Assembly (NCBI GenBank): GCA_040005235.1
Contig: JBDTZG010000028.1
Location: forward strand, 6,940-70,939
Length of the DNA: 64,000 nt
From: Acidobacteriota bacterium
GTDB taxonomy: Bacteria > Acidobacteriota > Thermoanaerobaculia > Multivoradales > UBA5704
Direction: 5' to 3'
In this document: positions 38,911 through 48,427 of the stretch, piece by piece
How the letters are laid out: each line of letters begins with the position of its first letter
How positions within the stretch are numbered: the stretch's first letter is position 1
The notes under the pieces: model-generated
Told to the model about the DNA's origin: nothing
The model's database searches: none
What the model saw: the letters and a program-made list of their open reading frames with translations, nothing else
Program-made: the position numbers and the translations under genes

Positions 38911-40343
38911 CAGGCGTTCCCTCCGGCCTCGCCGAGCACCCGCGTGCGCACCAGCTCCTGGAACACCTGCCCCCGGTGCTCGAAGTTCTTGAATTGGTCG
39001 AAGCTCGCGCAGGCCGGCGAAAGCACCACGACATCGCCCGCCCGGGCGTGCCGGGTCGCCGCCTCGACCGCCCGGTCGAGCGTTCCGACGTTTTCGATCG
39101 GCGCGGCACGGCCAAGCGCCTGATCGAAATCCTCGGCCGATTCGCCGATCAGATAGACCCGGCGCGCCTTCACGGCGACCAGCGGCGCGAGCACCGAAAG
39201 GTCGGCGCCTTTGTTGCGGCCGCCGAGAATCAGATGGACGGTGCCGTCGGCGAACCCTTCGATCGACTTGCATGTCGCCGCCGGGTTGGTGCCTTTGGAG
39301 TCGTCGTACCAGGCAACACCCTCGTGCTCGCAGACCCGTTCCAGCCGGTGGGGGAGGCCGCGGAACGCCCGGATCGCTTCGCGGATCGCGCCCGCGCCGG
39401 CTCCGATTGCGCGAGCGAGCAGGGCGGCGGCCATCGCGTTTTCGACGTTCTGCACCCCGGCGAGCGGAACGTCGGCGGCCTCGAACAGGGGAGTCTTTCG
39501 ACCGTCCGGCTCTACCTCTACCACCCAGCCGTCTTCAAGCTGGCAGCCGTCGGTGACCGGCGCCAGACGCGAAAACACCCGCCGCCGCGCCGCGGTCGCC
39601 AATTCGAGCGTCCACGGGTCGTCGGCGTTCAGCACCGCGATGCCATCGGGCCGCATGCGGGCAAACAGCCGCTTCTTTGCGTGGGCATACGCCGCGAGGC
39701 TCGGATAGCGGTCGAGGTGATCCTCCGAGAGGTTGAGCAGCGCCGCGGCGTCCGGCCGGAAACGGTCGAGCCCTTCGATCTGGAAGCTCGACACCTCGAC
39801 CACGAACGCCCGGCCGGGCGCGGCCCCCGGCTCCGCATCGGCCCGTTCGGTGAGGGGAGTGCCGATGTTGCCGCAGACCTCCACCCGGCGGCCCGCGACG
39901 CGGAGGATCGCGCCGAGCATTTCGGTCACCGTGCTCTTGCCGTTGCTGCCGGTGATCGCGGCGATATTGGCGCCCTCCGCTTCGAGCGCGGGAAACGCCA
40001 GCTCGACCTCGGCGATGACGGGCAAGCCCTCGGCCCGCGCTTCATGGATCAGCGGCTGGTCCATCGGCACGCCGGGGGAGACGACGACCGCGTCGAGTCG
40101 ATCCAGCAGGCCCAACCGCGTGGCCGAGTCGGCGCCCAGGCGCAGCTCAACGCCGGGATCGTGGGCCAGCTCTTCGAGATGGAGGTCCTCGGCGAGCTTC
40201 TTGTCGACCCCGACCACGGCGACGCCTCGCTTCCTTAAAAAGCGCGCGGCCGAGATCCCCGACACTTTAAGCCCATAGACCAGCACCCGCTCGAAGCGGC
40301 CGGTGCCCCAAGGGGCGAACAGGGATGGATTCGTGCCGCTCAT
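38910..40343 (-). CDS. murD: UDP-N-acetylmuramoylalanine--D-glutamate ligase
   Basis: GSNGKSTV motif. Start at ATG 40343, an ATGA overlap with the mraY stop. Confidence 0.93.
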   Translation of the reverse strand: MSGTNPSLFAPWGTGRFERVLVYGLKVSGISAARFLRKRGVAVVGVDKKLAEDLHLEELAHDPGVELRLGADSATRLGLLDRLDAVVVSPGVPMDQPLIHEARAEGLPVIAEVELAFPALEAEGANIAAITGSNGKSTVTEMLGAILRVAGRRVEVCGNIGTPLTERADAEPGAAPGRAFVVEVSSFQIEGLDRFRPDAAALLNLSEDHLDRYPSLAAYAHAKKRLFARMRPDGIAVLNADDPWTLELATAARRRVFSRLAPVTDGCQLEDGWVVEVEPDGRKTPLFEAADVPLAGVQNVENAMAAALLARAIGAGAGAIREAIRAFRGLPHRLERVCEHEGVAWYDDSKGTNPAATCKSIEGFADGTVHLILGGRNKGADLSVLAPLVAVKARRVYLIGESAEDFDQALGRAAPIENVGTLDRAVEAATRHARAGDVVVLSPACASFDQFKNFEHRGQVFQELVRTRVLGEAGGNA

Positions 40344-41416
40344 CGCAGTTTCAACGTCGAGATGGAAAGCAGCGCGAACAGGATCGAGAGAATCCAGAAG
40401 CGCACGATCACCTTGGGTTCGGCCCAGCCCGACAGCTCGAAATGGTGGTGGAGGGGCGCCATGCGGAACACTCTCTTTCCGCGCAGCTTGAACGAGGCGA
40501 CCTGGATGATCACCGACAGGGCTTCCATCACGAACACGCCGCCGACCACCACGAGTAGGATTTCCTGCTTCGCGAGCACGGCGACGCTGCCGATCGCCGC
40601 GCCGAGCGACAGCGAGCCGACATCGCCCATGAACACTTCGGCCGGATGGGAGTTGAACCAGAGGAATCCCAGGCCCGCGCCCACCAGGGCGGAGCAGAAC
40701 ACCGCCACCTCGCCGACACCGGGAACGTAGGAGATCTGGAGGTAGTTGGCGATCACCTTGTTGCCACCGACGTAGGTGAACAGGGCGTAGGTTCCCGCGG
40801 CGACCGTGGTGGCGCCGATCGCCAGGCCGTCGAGCCCGTCGGTCAGGTTGACCGCGTTCGAGGCGCCGACCAGCACCAGGACCACGAACGGCACGTAGGC
40901 GAGGCCGAGCGGAATCACCAGGCGCTTGAAGAACGGAAACGCCAGGGTCGAATCGAATTCCGGAATCGCCCACAAGGCGAGCCCCAGCCCGAGGCCGGCC
41001 ACGACCTGCAACAAAAACTTGGTGCGCGCGGTGAGCCCTAGGTTCTGCCGCCGCTTCACCTTCAGATAGTCGTCGAGGAAGCCGACGGCGCCGAAGGCGA
41101 CGGTCACCCCCATCGCGAGCCAGAGGTATCGGTTGCGTAGGTTGCCCCAAAGGAGCGTCGGCACGATCAGGGCGAACAGGATCAGCAGTCCCCCCATCGT
41201 GGGGGTGCCGGCTTTCACCTGATGCGCCTGCGGTCCCAGCTCGCGGATGTTCTGGCCGACCGACAGGCGCCGGAGAGTGCGGATGAACCAGGGACCGAGC
41301 AGCCAGGAGAGCAGCAGCGCGGTGACGATCGCCGCCGCCGCCCGGAACGTGATGTAGCGGAAGACGTTGAAGACCGCGAACCGCTCGTGGAGCGGATAGA
41401 GCAGCTCGTAGAGCAT
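40340..41416 (-). CDS. mraY: phospho-N-acetylmuramoyl-pentapeptide transferase
   Basis: Typical MraY sequence ([25 protein letters not shown]...[13 protein letters not shown]...HHHFE). Confidence 0.97.
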   Translation of the reverse strand: MLYELLYPLHERFAVFNVFRYITFRAAAAIVTALLLSWLLGPWFIRTLRRLSVGQNIRELGPQAHQVKAGTPTMGGLLILFALIVPTLLWGNLRNRYLWLAMGVTVAFGAVGFLDDYLKVKRRQNLGLTARTKFLLQVVAGLGLGLALWAIPEFDSTLAFPFFKRLVIPLGLAYVPFVVLVLVGASNAVNLTDGLDGLAIGATTVAAGTYALFTYVGGNKVIANYLQISYVPGVGEVAVFCSALVGAGLGFLWFNSHPAEVFMGDVGSLSLGAAIGSVAVLAKQEILLVVVGGVFVMEALSVIIQVASFKLRGKRVFRMAPLHHHFELSGWAEPKVIVRFWILSILFALLSISTLKLR

Positions 41417-42927
41417 CAGGCCCTTTCCTCTCCGCGCATCCGATCAACCACCCGATCGAGATGCACCCCGCGCGAGCCCTTCACCAGCACGACGTCTCCC
41501 GGCACGACATGGCTTGCCGCCCACTCCGCCGCCGCATTGGCTTCGGAAAAGTGAATCGCTTCGGCGCCGCCCGCCGCGGCGCCGGCCACCAGCTCGCGCG
41601 CCAGCTCGCCCACTCCCACGACCGGGGAAAAGCCGAGCGCCGCGGCTTGTTTTCCGGCTTCGCGATGAAACGCCGGACCGCTGGCCCCCAGCTCCAGCAT
41701 GTCGCCGAGGATCGCCACCCGGCGATGGCTGCAGCCAACCCGGCCGTTTGGCCGGTTGCTTGAAACAAGACCCGCAGCTCCGGCGAGAGCCTTGCCCACC
41801 GCATCGGGATTCGAGTTGTAGGAGTCGTCGATCAAAACCGCGATCCCGCCTTCCAGCTCCAGGCGATGGACCTCGCCGCGCCCTTTGGCGCTCGGCATCT
41901 CGGCGGCGACTTCGAGGATCTCTTCGAGCGGCACGCCGATCGACCAGGCGGCCGCGGCGGCGGCGAGGAAGTTCTCGACGTTGTAGGCGCCGTGGAGAGC
42001 CAGGTGAACCGGCCGGCGCTCCCCCTCGACTTCGAGGGTGAAGCGGCTGCCGAGGCCGTCCGGATCGGCGAGGACGTCCAGCGCGCGAAGGTCGAGGCGA
42101 TCCTCGCCGTCGGCGAAACCGTCCACCGGCTCGCCCAAGGCGTACCAGATGATTCGTCCCCCTTGCTGCTCATCGCGCTCATCGCGCTCGTCGCGATGCC
42201 GGCGGACGATCCGGACGATCTCCGGGTCGCAGGCGTTGGCGACCACCCAGCCATCGCTCGCCAGACCGGCGAGCAGCTCGGCCTTCGCCTCGGCGATCGC
42301 CCGCACCGAATCGAAGAATTCGAGGTGCGCCGGCCGGACGACCGTAAACACCGCGAGGTCCGGCCGGGCCAGCAAGGAGAGCTCGCGCAGCTCGCCGGCC
42401 GACGACATGCCCATCTCGGCGACCATCCATTCGGTGTCGTCGGGGACGTTGAGCAGCGAGACCGGCAGGCCGATCCGGTTGTTGAAGTTGCCCACCGTGC
42501 GCCCGACCCGGAAGCGGCGGGCGAGCATCGCGGCCAGCAGCTCCTTGGTCGTCGTCTTGCCCGCCGAGCCGGTGATCCCCGCCAGCTGCTCCGGCGCCCG
42601 GTCCCGCAGGCTGCGAGCCAGCTCGACCAGCGCGTCGCCGACGTCGCCGACCTCGATTAGGAATCCATCGGAACCGGCCGGCAGGCGCGCCGCCGGATCG
42701 CCAGCCCCGCTCTCGGCGCTTTCAACGACCGCTCCCGCGGCGCCTCGGGCAAACGCATCGGCCACGAACGAGCGACCGTCGACCCGCTCGCCGCGGAAGG
42801 CGAAGAACAGCTCGCCGCCGCGGATCGTTCGCGAATCGATCGCCGCGCCGCCGAAACGCGCGGCGGGATCGCCCGCGGCGAGCCGGCCGGCCATCGCGAG
42901 CACCGCTTCAGCAGCCGAGGCGTGCAC
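41416..42927 (-). CDS. murF: UDP-N-acetylmuramoyl-tripeptide--D-alanyl-D-alanine ligase
   Basis: [12 protein letters not shown] motif. GTG 42927 overlaps the murE end by 20 nt; an alternative start is ATG 42894. Confidence 0.9.
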   Translation of the reverse strand: MHASAAEAVLAMAGRLAAGDPAARFGGAAIDSRTIRGGELFFAFRGERVDGRSFVADAFARGAAGAVVESAESGAGDPAARLPAGSDGFLIEVGDVGDALVELARSLRDRAPEQLAGITGSAGKTTTKELLAAMLARRFRVGRTVGNFNNRIGLPVSLLNVPDDTEWMVAEMGMSSAGELRELSLLARPDLAVFTVVRPAHLEFFDSVRAIAEAKAELLAGLASDGWVVANACDPEIVRIVRRHRDERDERDEQQGGRIIWYALGEPVDGFADGEDRLDLRALDVLADPDGLGSRFTLEVEGERRPVHLALHGAYNVENFLAAAAAAWSIGVPLEEILEVAAEMPSAKGRGEVHRLELEGGIAVLIDDSYNSNPDAVGKALAGAAGLVSSNRPNGRVGCSHRRVAILGDMLELGASGPAFHREAGKQAAALGFSPVVGVGELARELVAGAAAGGAEAIHFSEANAAAEWAASHVVPGDVVLVKGSRGVHLDRVVDRMRGEERA

Positions 42928-44437
42928 CGAATCTCTCCGTGAGCGCGCGCTCGATCTCTTCGAAATCCGAAAACGGCAGCTTGCGGTCGCCGATCGTCTG
43001 GTCGCGTTCGTGCCCTTTGCCGGCGATCAGCACGGCCGACCCCTCTTCGGCGGCGGCGATCGCGGTGCGGATCGCATCGCGCCGGTCGGGGATCAATAGA
43101 TAGTTGTTGCGCCCGGTCGAGCGCAGACCCTCTTCCACCGCGGCGAGGATCGCGTGCGGATCTTCGCTGCGCGGGTTGTCGGAGGTGGCGATCGCGAGAT
43201 CTGCCAGCTCGCCCGCGACCCGGCCCATCACCGGCCGCTTGCCCGGATCGCGGTCGCCGCCGCAACCGAAGACGACGATCGTCCGGCCCGGCGCGATCTC
43301 GCGCACCGAGGCGATCGCGGCGGAAAGGGCCGCGTCGGTATGGGCGTAATCGACGATCGCGGCAAACGGCTGGCCGCATTCGACCGGCTCCAGGCGGCCG
43401 GGAACCGGCTGCTGCGCCGCGGCGGCTGCGACCACGGCCGAGACCGGAATTGCCGCCGTCTGGAGCGCCAGGGCGCCCGCGATCGCGGCGGTCAGATTCG
43501 ACAGGTTGTAGCGGCCGAGCAGCGCCGAGGCGATCTCGAATTCATCCAGATTTCCGGAGTCGGAATCGGCCACGACGATCGTCGCGGAGAGCCCATGGCG
43601 ATCGAGCTTCGCGTCGCGCGCCGAGACGGTGGCCGCGTTCCCTTCGACGCTGTAGGTCCAGGCCCCGGGCAGCTCGGCTGCCAGCCGTCGGCCGTACTCG
43701 TCGTCGACGTTGATCACCGCCCGGCCGTTCGGCTTCAAGCGCGTAAACAGCCGGCGCTTCGCGGCGAAGTAGCTCTCCATGTCGCCGTGCAGATCGAGAT
43801 GGTCGCGCGACAGGTTGGTGAACAGAGCGAGATCGAATTCCGCGCCGTCGGCCCGGCCCTGTTCGAGGGCGTGCGACGACACCTCCATGGCCACCGCCGC
43901 CGCCCCGGCGTCGCGCATGGCGCGCAGGGTGCGGAACAGGTCGCTCGCCTCAGGCGTCGTCCGCTCGCCGGGAAAGCTCTTCCCGCGCAGGCGATAGCCG
44001 AGCGTGCCGATGAATCCCGCCGGCTGCCCGGCCTTTTCGAAGATCGCAGCGAGCAGCGTCGCGACGGTCGATTTGCCGTTCGTGCCGGTCACCCCGGCGA
44101 GGATCAGCTCGCGATCCGGATGGCCGTAGATCCGCGCCGCGAGCGGCGGGAGCAGCGCGCGGGGATTCGCCGCCGAAAGCCAGGGGATTTCGGTCCCGAG
44201 CCCCGCCGGACGGTTCCCCGGTGCGACCACCGCGACGGCGCCCCGCTCGACCGCCTGGGGCGCGAACTCCCGGCCGTCGAACCGTCCGCCGGACCAGGCG
44301 ACGAACAGGTCGCCGGGCCGGACCGCGCGCGAGTCGTGGCAAACGCCGGAAATCGTCGGGTCGCCCGGCAGACCGCCGTCGGCTTCCACCGCTAGCCTGA
44401 GCCCGTCGATCAGCTCCGAGAGGGGGAGCGCGCTCAT
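42908..44437 (-). CDS. murE: UDP-N-acetylmuramoyl-L-alanyl-D-glutamate--2,6-diaminopimelate ligase
   Basis: VTGTNGKSTV motif. Start trimmed to ATG 44437, an ATGA overlap with the ftsI stop. The 1134-aa track ORF is read-through. Confidence 0.93.
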   Translation of the reverse strand: MSALPLSELIDGLRLAVEADGGLPGDPTISGVCHDSRAVRPGDLFVAWSGGRFDGREFAPQAVERGAVAVVAPGNRPAGLGTEIPWLSAANPRALLPPLAARIYGHPDRELILAGVTGTNGKSTVATLLAAIFEKAGQPAGFIGTLGYRLRGKSFPGERTTPEASDLFRTLRAMRDAGAAAVAMEVSSHALEQGRADGAEFDLALFTNLSRDHLDLHGDMESYFAAKRRLFTRLKPNGRAVINVDDEYGRRLAAELPGAWTYSVEGNAATVSARDAKLDRHGLSATIVVADSDSGNLDEFEIASALLGRYNLSNLTAAIAGALALQTAAIPVSAVVAAAAAQQPVPGRLEPVECGQPFAAIVDYAHTDAALSAAIASVREIAPGRTIVVFGCGGDRDPGKRPVMGRVAGELADLAIATSDNPRSEDPHAILAAVEEGLRSTGRNNYLLIPDRRDAIRTAIAAAEEGSAVLIAGKGHERDQTIGDRKLPFSDFEEIERALTERFGARLGC

Positions 44438-46353
44438 CCTTCGCCTCCCGGAGTTACGGGCGTTGCCGCCGGGGTAATGCTGAGGGTGCTCGCCGGGATC
44501 GGCCGAACCGCCGGCCGGCCGGTCGGCTGGGTCGCCGGCTGGGCGGCCGGTGTGGCGCGGGCCTTGGGAGCCGCCGGAGGTCCCGGAGCGGCCCCCTCCG
44601 GTGCCGGAGTCAACCCCGCCGTCACCATTTTCGGCATCGCCTGGCCGTCCGGCCAGTCGGGCCGGGCCCGCTCCGGGCGGACGCCGAGGTAGAGCAGGAC
44701 CTGGCGGGCGATCGCGCCGAACACCGGCGCCGCGACCTGTCCGCCGTGATATTCGAAACCCTGCGGCGCGTCGATCGCGACGACGCCGACGATCTGCGGC
44801 CGGTCGCCCGGCGCGAAACCGACGAAGCTCGGCACGTAGTGGTTCCGATCGTAGCCGCCGTCGAGTGGAATCTGCGCCGTCCCGGTCTTGCCGGCCACGT
44901 TGTACCCCTCGACCGCGGCGGACTTGCCCGTTCCTCCGGTCACCACCCCTTCGAGCAGGCGCGTCACTTCGGCGGCGGTGGCCACCGACATGGCGCGCCC
45001 GACCGGCAGCGCCGCGGCATGAAGCGGCTCGATCTGCCCGGCGGCGCCGGTCGCGGCGACCATGTAAGGCCGAAGGCGGACGCCGCCATTGGCGACGGTC
45101 GCCGCCGCCACCGCGAGCTGGAGAGGCGTCACCGACACCCCCTGGCCGAACGAGATGTACGCCTTGCTGAGCGGAAAGCGGCGCCACTCGGACAGGGGGT
45201 GGAGGATGCCCGAGGCCTCGCCGGGCAGGTCGATGCCGCTCTTCCGGCCGAAGCCGAGCGCGCTCGCCATCCCGTACAGCCGCTCGTCGCCGAGCAGCAG
45301 GGCGGTCTTGATCATGCCGACGTTGCTCGATTTGGCGATCGCCTCGGCGAAGGTCAGGAGCCCGAACGGCTTGTGGTCGCGAATCCGGATGCCGGCCAGG
45401 GTGATGCCACCCATGCCGCAGTCGAAGGTGTCGCTCGCCTTGACCACGCCGCTTTCGAGCGCCGCCGAGGCGGTGACGAGCTTGAACGTCGAGCCCGGCT
45501 CGTAGGAATCGGTAACCGCCCGATTGCGCGCCCGGTTGCGCAACAGGTCTTTCGACGTCTCGCCGTACTGGTTCGGATCGAAGCTCGGGTAGCTCGCGAG
45601 AGCCAAAATGCCGCCGGTTCGCGGGTCGAGAAACACCGCCATCCCTTTGCGCGCGCCCCGCTCGTCGACCGTCTGGGCCAGCTCGCGCTCGACGATGTGC
45701 TGGATCGTCGCGTCGAGCGTCAGGTGCAGATCGCGCCCCGGCTCCGGATCGGTGAACGACAGCTCGGGGTCCATCACGGTCCCCTTGCGCGCATCGCGAA
45801 GGACGGTTCGGCGGCCCGGTTTGCCGGCGACGGTCGAGTCGTAGAGCTTCTCCAGCCCTTCCAGGCCATGGTTCTCGGTGCCGACGAACCCGAGCACTTG
45901 GGCGGCCAGCTCGCGCATCGGGTAGTAGCGCTTGCTCTCGGTGACGAACCGTAGTCCTTTGACCTGGAGCGCGCGAATCTGATCGGCGAACTGTGGATCG
46001 AGCTTCCTTTTGATCCAAACGAAGTCGCGGCTCTTGTCGCCCAACTGCTTGGCGAGCTTCTCCGGCTCTTTGTCGACGAGCTTCGAAAGCTGGCGCGCCA
46101 CCGCGGCCGGGTCGGCGATCTCCGAGGGGATGGCGTAGACCGAATCGACCTCGATCGAGACCGCGAGCTCCCTTCCCCGCGCGTCGTAGATCGTGCCGCG
46201 CGGGGCATCGAGCTCGACCACCCGCTGCTGCTGATTGCCGGCGCGCTGGGTGTAGTGCGCGTGGCGGATGACCTGGAGGTAGTAGAGCCGTCCGGTGATC
46301 AGCGCCACCCAAGCGAGGCCGAGGCCGGCGACCACCCGGAGCCGCGTCTTCAC
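44434..46353 (-). CDS. ftsI: class B penicillin-binding protein (division transpeptidase, FtsI/PBP3-like)
   Basis: N-terminal TM anchor. Motifs STFK, SSN and KTGT. Pro/Ala-rich C-terminal tail. Confidence 0.92.
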   Translation of the reverse strand: MKTRLRVVAGLGLAWVALITGRLYYLQVIRHAHYTQRAGNQQQRVVELDAPRGTIYDARGRELAVSIEVDSVYAIPSEIADPAAVARQLSKLVDKEPEKLAKQLGDKSRDFVWIKRKLDPQFADQIRALQVKGLRFVTESKRYYPMRELAAQVLGFVGTENHGLEGLEKLYDSTVAGKPGRRTVLRDARKGTVMDPELSFTDPEPGRDLHLTLDATIQHIVERELAQTVDERGARKGMAVFLDPRTGGILALASYPSFDPNQYGETSKDLLRNRARNRAVTDSYEPGSTFKLVTASAALESGVVKASDTFDCGMGGITLAGIRIRDHKPFGLLTFAEAIAKSSNVGMIKTALLLGDERLYGMASALGFGRKSGIDLPGEASGILHPLSEWRRFPLSKAYISFGQGVSVTPLQLAVAAATVANGGVRLRPYMVAATGAAGQIEPLHAAALPVGRAMSVATAAEVTRLLEGVVTGGTGKSAAVEGYNVAGKTGTAQIPLDGGYDRNHYVPSFVGFAPGDRPQIVGVVAIDAPQGFEYHGGQVAAPVFGAIARQVLLYLGVRPERARPDWPDGQAMPKMVTAGLTPAPEGAAPGPPAAPKARATPAAQPATQPTGRPAVRPIPASTLSITPAATPVTPGGEG

Positions 46354-46694
46354 GGCAGCTCCTCCCAGAAGATCACGCGATTGAGCGCGGGCGGTTCGAG
46401 CCCCAGCTCGTGCCGGGCGCGCTCCTCGATCCGCTGCGGGCTCGCCAGGTAGGCCGCTTCGAGCGACAGTTGCCGTTCGGTGCGGGTCATCTCCCGAAGT
46501 TGGGTTTCGAGTTTGTCGATCTTGTAGCCGGTCGACAGCACTTCGAGATGGATCCAGGTGTACGACAGCAAGCCGACGCCCAGAGCGCCGACCGCCGCCA
46601 GCACCAGACCCAGCTCGCGGAAGCGCTTGCGATCGCGCTCCCGAACCAGGTAGGCGTTGGCGACCGGCCGCGTGAAGGCGTAGGCATTCCTCAC
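46350..46694 (-). CDS. ftsL: cell division protein FtsL
   Basis: 114 aa, a single TM plus a coiled-coil-like region, positioned between rsmH and ftsI. GTGA overlaps at both ends. Confidence 0.8.
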   Translation of the reverse strand: MRNAYAFTRPVANAYLVRERDRKRFRELGLVLAAVGALGVGLLSYTWIHLEVLSTGYKIDKLETQLREMTRTERQLSLEAAYLASPQRIEERARHELGLEPPALNRVIFWEELP

Positions 46695-47635
46695 CGCGTC
46701 TCCAGTCTCCGACCCGCGCGCAGGCGCGCCGAGCGCGACCGGGGGTTGATCGCGATTTCTTCCTCGGTCGGGCGCACCGACCGCTTTGTCAGCAGCTCGA
46801 TCGCCTGGCTCTCCGAGCGGGGACGGCCGGTGACGAGATCGATCTCGCCGCGGTGCAGATCGCGCAGCGTGTTCTTGACGATCCGATCCTCCAGGCTGTG
46901 GTACGAGATGATCACCAGACGCCCTTCGGCGTCGAGCTGGTCGACTGCTTGGTCGAGAAAGCTAAGGAGTCCGGAAAGCTCCTCGTTGACCTCGATGCGC
47001 AGCGCCTGGAACACGCGGGTCGCCGGATCGACCCGCCCTTCGCGATTACGGTGTCCGGCCTCATGCCCCTTGCCGCGGTCGATCGCGCGGCGCAGCTCCG
47101 AGGTGGTCTCGATCGGTTTCTCGCGGCGCGCCGCGACGATCGCGCGCGCGATCCGCCGCGATTGCCGCTCCTCGCCGTACTCCCAGAAGATCTTGGCCAA
47201 TTCTTCCTCCGAGCTTTCGTTCACGATGTCCGCCGCGGTAAGGCCTTCGTGGCCCATCCGCATGTCGAGCGGTCCGCCGAACCGGAAACTGAAGCCCCGT
47301 TCCGGCGAATCGATTTGCAACGACGAAACGCCGAGGTCGGCGAGAATCCCCGCCACCCGGCCGATCCCTTCCGCCCCGAGCAGCTCACCCAGGTCGGCAA
47401 AATTCCCCTCGACCAGCCGCACCCGGGGGCCGAAACGCGCCAACCGTTCGCGCGCGAGCCCGAGCGCTTGGCGGTCGCGATCGATCCCCACCAGCTCGAC
47501 CCCGGGGCCGGCCTCGAGGATCGCTTCCGCGTGACCGCCGAGCCCAAGCGTCGCGTCGACGAACACGCCGCCCCGCTCTGGCGCGAGAAGCTCGACGACC
47601 TCGCGGAGCAGGACGGGGACGTGACGTGCGGCCAC
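46691..47635 (-). CDS. rsmH: 16S rRNA (cytosine1402-N4)-methyltransferase
   Basis: GTG 47635 gives VAARHVPVLLREVVELL...DATLGLGGHAEAIL, the typical RsmH/MraW N-terminus. The longer track ORF is rejected. Confidence 0.92.
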   Translation of the reverse strand: MAARHVPVLLREVVELLAPERGGVFVDATLGLGGHAEAILEAGPGVELVGIDRDRQALGLARERLARFGPRVRLVEGNFADLGELLGAEGIGRVAGILADLGVSSLQIDSPERGFSFRFGGPLDMRMGHEGLTAADIVNESSEEELAKIFWEYGEERQSRRIARAIVAARREKPIETTSELRRAIDRGKGHEAGHRNREGRVDPATRVFQALRIEVNEELSGLLSFLDQAVDQLDAEGRLVIISYHSLEDRIVKNTLRDLHRGEIDLVTGRPRSESQAIELLTKRSVRPTEEEIAINPRSRSARLRAGRRLETR

Positions 47636-47670
47636 GGGCTCTCGATCTCGGCGCGCGGAAGTCGCACGGA

Positions 47671-48114
47671 CTAGATTCCGCCGCGCTCCGCCAGGGCGCG
47701 GGAGTCGTCCTCGGTGAACGGCTGCTCGGCCATCCGCGCGACCAGGCGCTCGTGGTTCCAGACGATCAGGTGGTCGATCTGCGCCATCACCACCACGTCG
47801 CCGCTCATCCCGGCGCTCTCCCGCAGGATCTGCGGAATCACCAACCGCCCCTGGTCGTCCAACCGCACCTGCTGGCCGTAGTAGCTCGCGCGCTCCAGGA
47901 ACCGCTGCTTCGAGGGATCGGCCGAGGGCATCGCTTGGAGCTTCCCCTCGATCTCTTCCCAGACCGGCAGCGGGTAGAGCCGTGCGCAATCGCCGTGGAC
48001 CGAGGTCACGAACAGCTCGCGCCCATACCTCTCCTCAACGAACCGGCGGAAATCCGTCGGCACCTTGAGGCGGCCCTTCTCGTCGATCTTCGCTGGTGAG
48101 CTACCCCGGAACAT
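47671..48114 (-). CDS. mraZ: division/cell wall cluster transcriptional regulator MraZ
   Basis: MFRGSSPAKIDEKGRLKVP and a second DxxxR-type repeat DDQGRLVIP. First gene of the dcw cluster. Confidence 0.95.
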   Translation of the reverse strand: MFRGSSPAKIDEKGRLKVPTDFRRFVEERYGRELFVTSVHGDCARLYPLPVWEEIEGKLQAMPSADPSKQRFLERASYYGQQVRLDDQGRLVIPQILRESAGMSGDVVVMAQIDHLIVWNHERLVARMAEQPFTEDDSRALAERGGI

Positions 48115-48165
48115 GACCCCCGCCTTTGGGTCCAGCTATTTGGAGGGTGATTCTAGTCTGGTTGC

Positions 48166-48190
48166 TCCACTTCTGTCCAATTTTATCCAC
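48166..48190 (-). promoter_or_regulatory. putative MraZ operator: three direct pentamer boxes at 10-bp phase, overlapping a candidate -35
   Basis: The minus strand reads GTGGA-N5-TTGGA-N5-GTGGA (plus-strand tccac 48166, tccaa 48176, tccac 48186). A candidate -10 TAGAAT lies at 48150-48155. Confidence 0.5.
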
Positions 48191-48427
48191 TAGGGGCCAC
48201 CAGGACCCCGCGGTGGGCTCTGAAACCTCTTTCCGCAGGGTCGGCGCGGGCGGCAGAGTCGGCACGGGTGTTGAGTACCCGGTCCGGGCACGAGGCGTAC
48301 CTCAGGGGCTGTCGGCGCAAAAATTTGCGAAATTTGCCGCCCAGGGGTCCCGCTGTCTCGCATTGACGCGCCGAAGCACCGTAACATTGCAGAGACCACA
48401 CAATTGATTCGACCGAGGAGACCCCCC

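Noticed and set aside
36653-46312. Giant fused minus-strand ORFs (820, 482, 845 and 1134 aa) in the dcw cluster
   Set aside because: Their N-terminal portions are out-of-frame read-through of the upstream gene. Each was trimmed to the internal start that abuts the upstream stop (ATGA or TGATG junctions) and begins the recognisable Mur/FtsW sequence.
48363-48387. Sigma70-like promoter for R1 (TTGACG ... TAACAT)
   Set aside because: The spacer between the hexamers is only about 13 nt by my count, too short for a canonical promoter.
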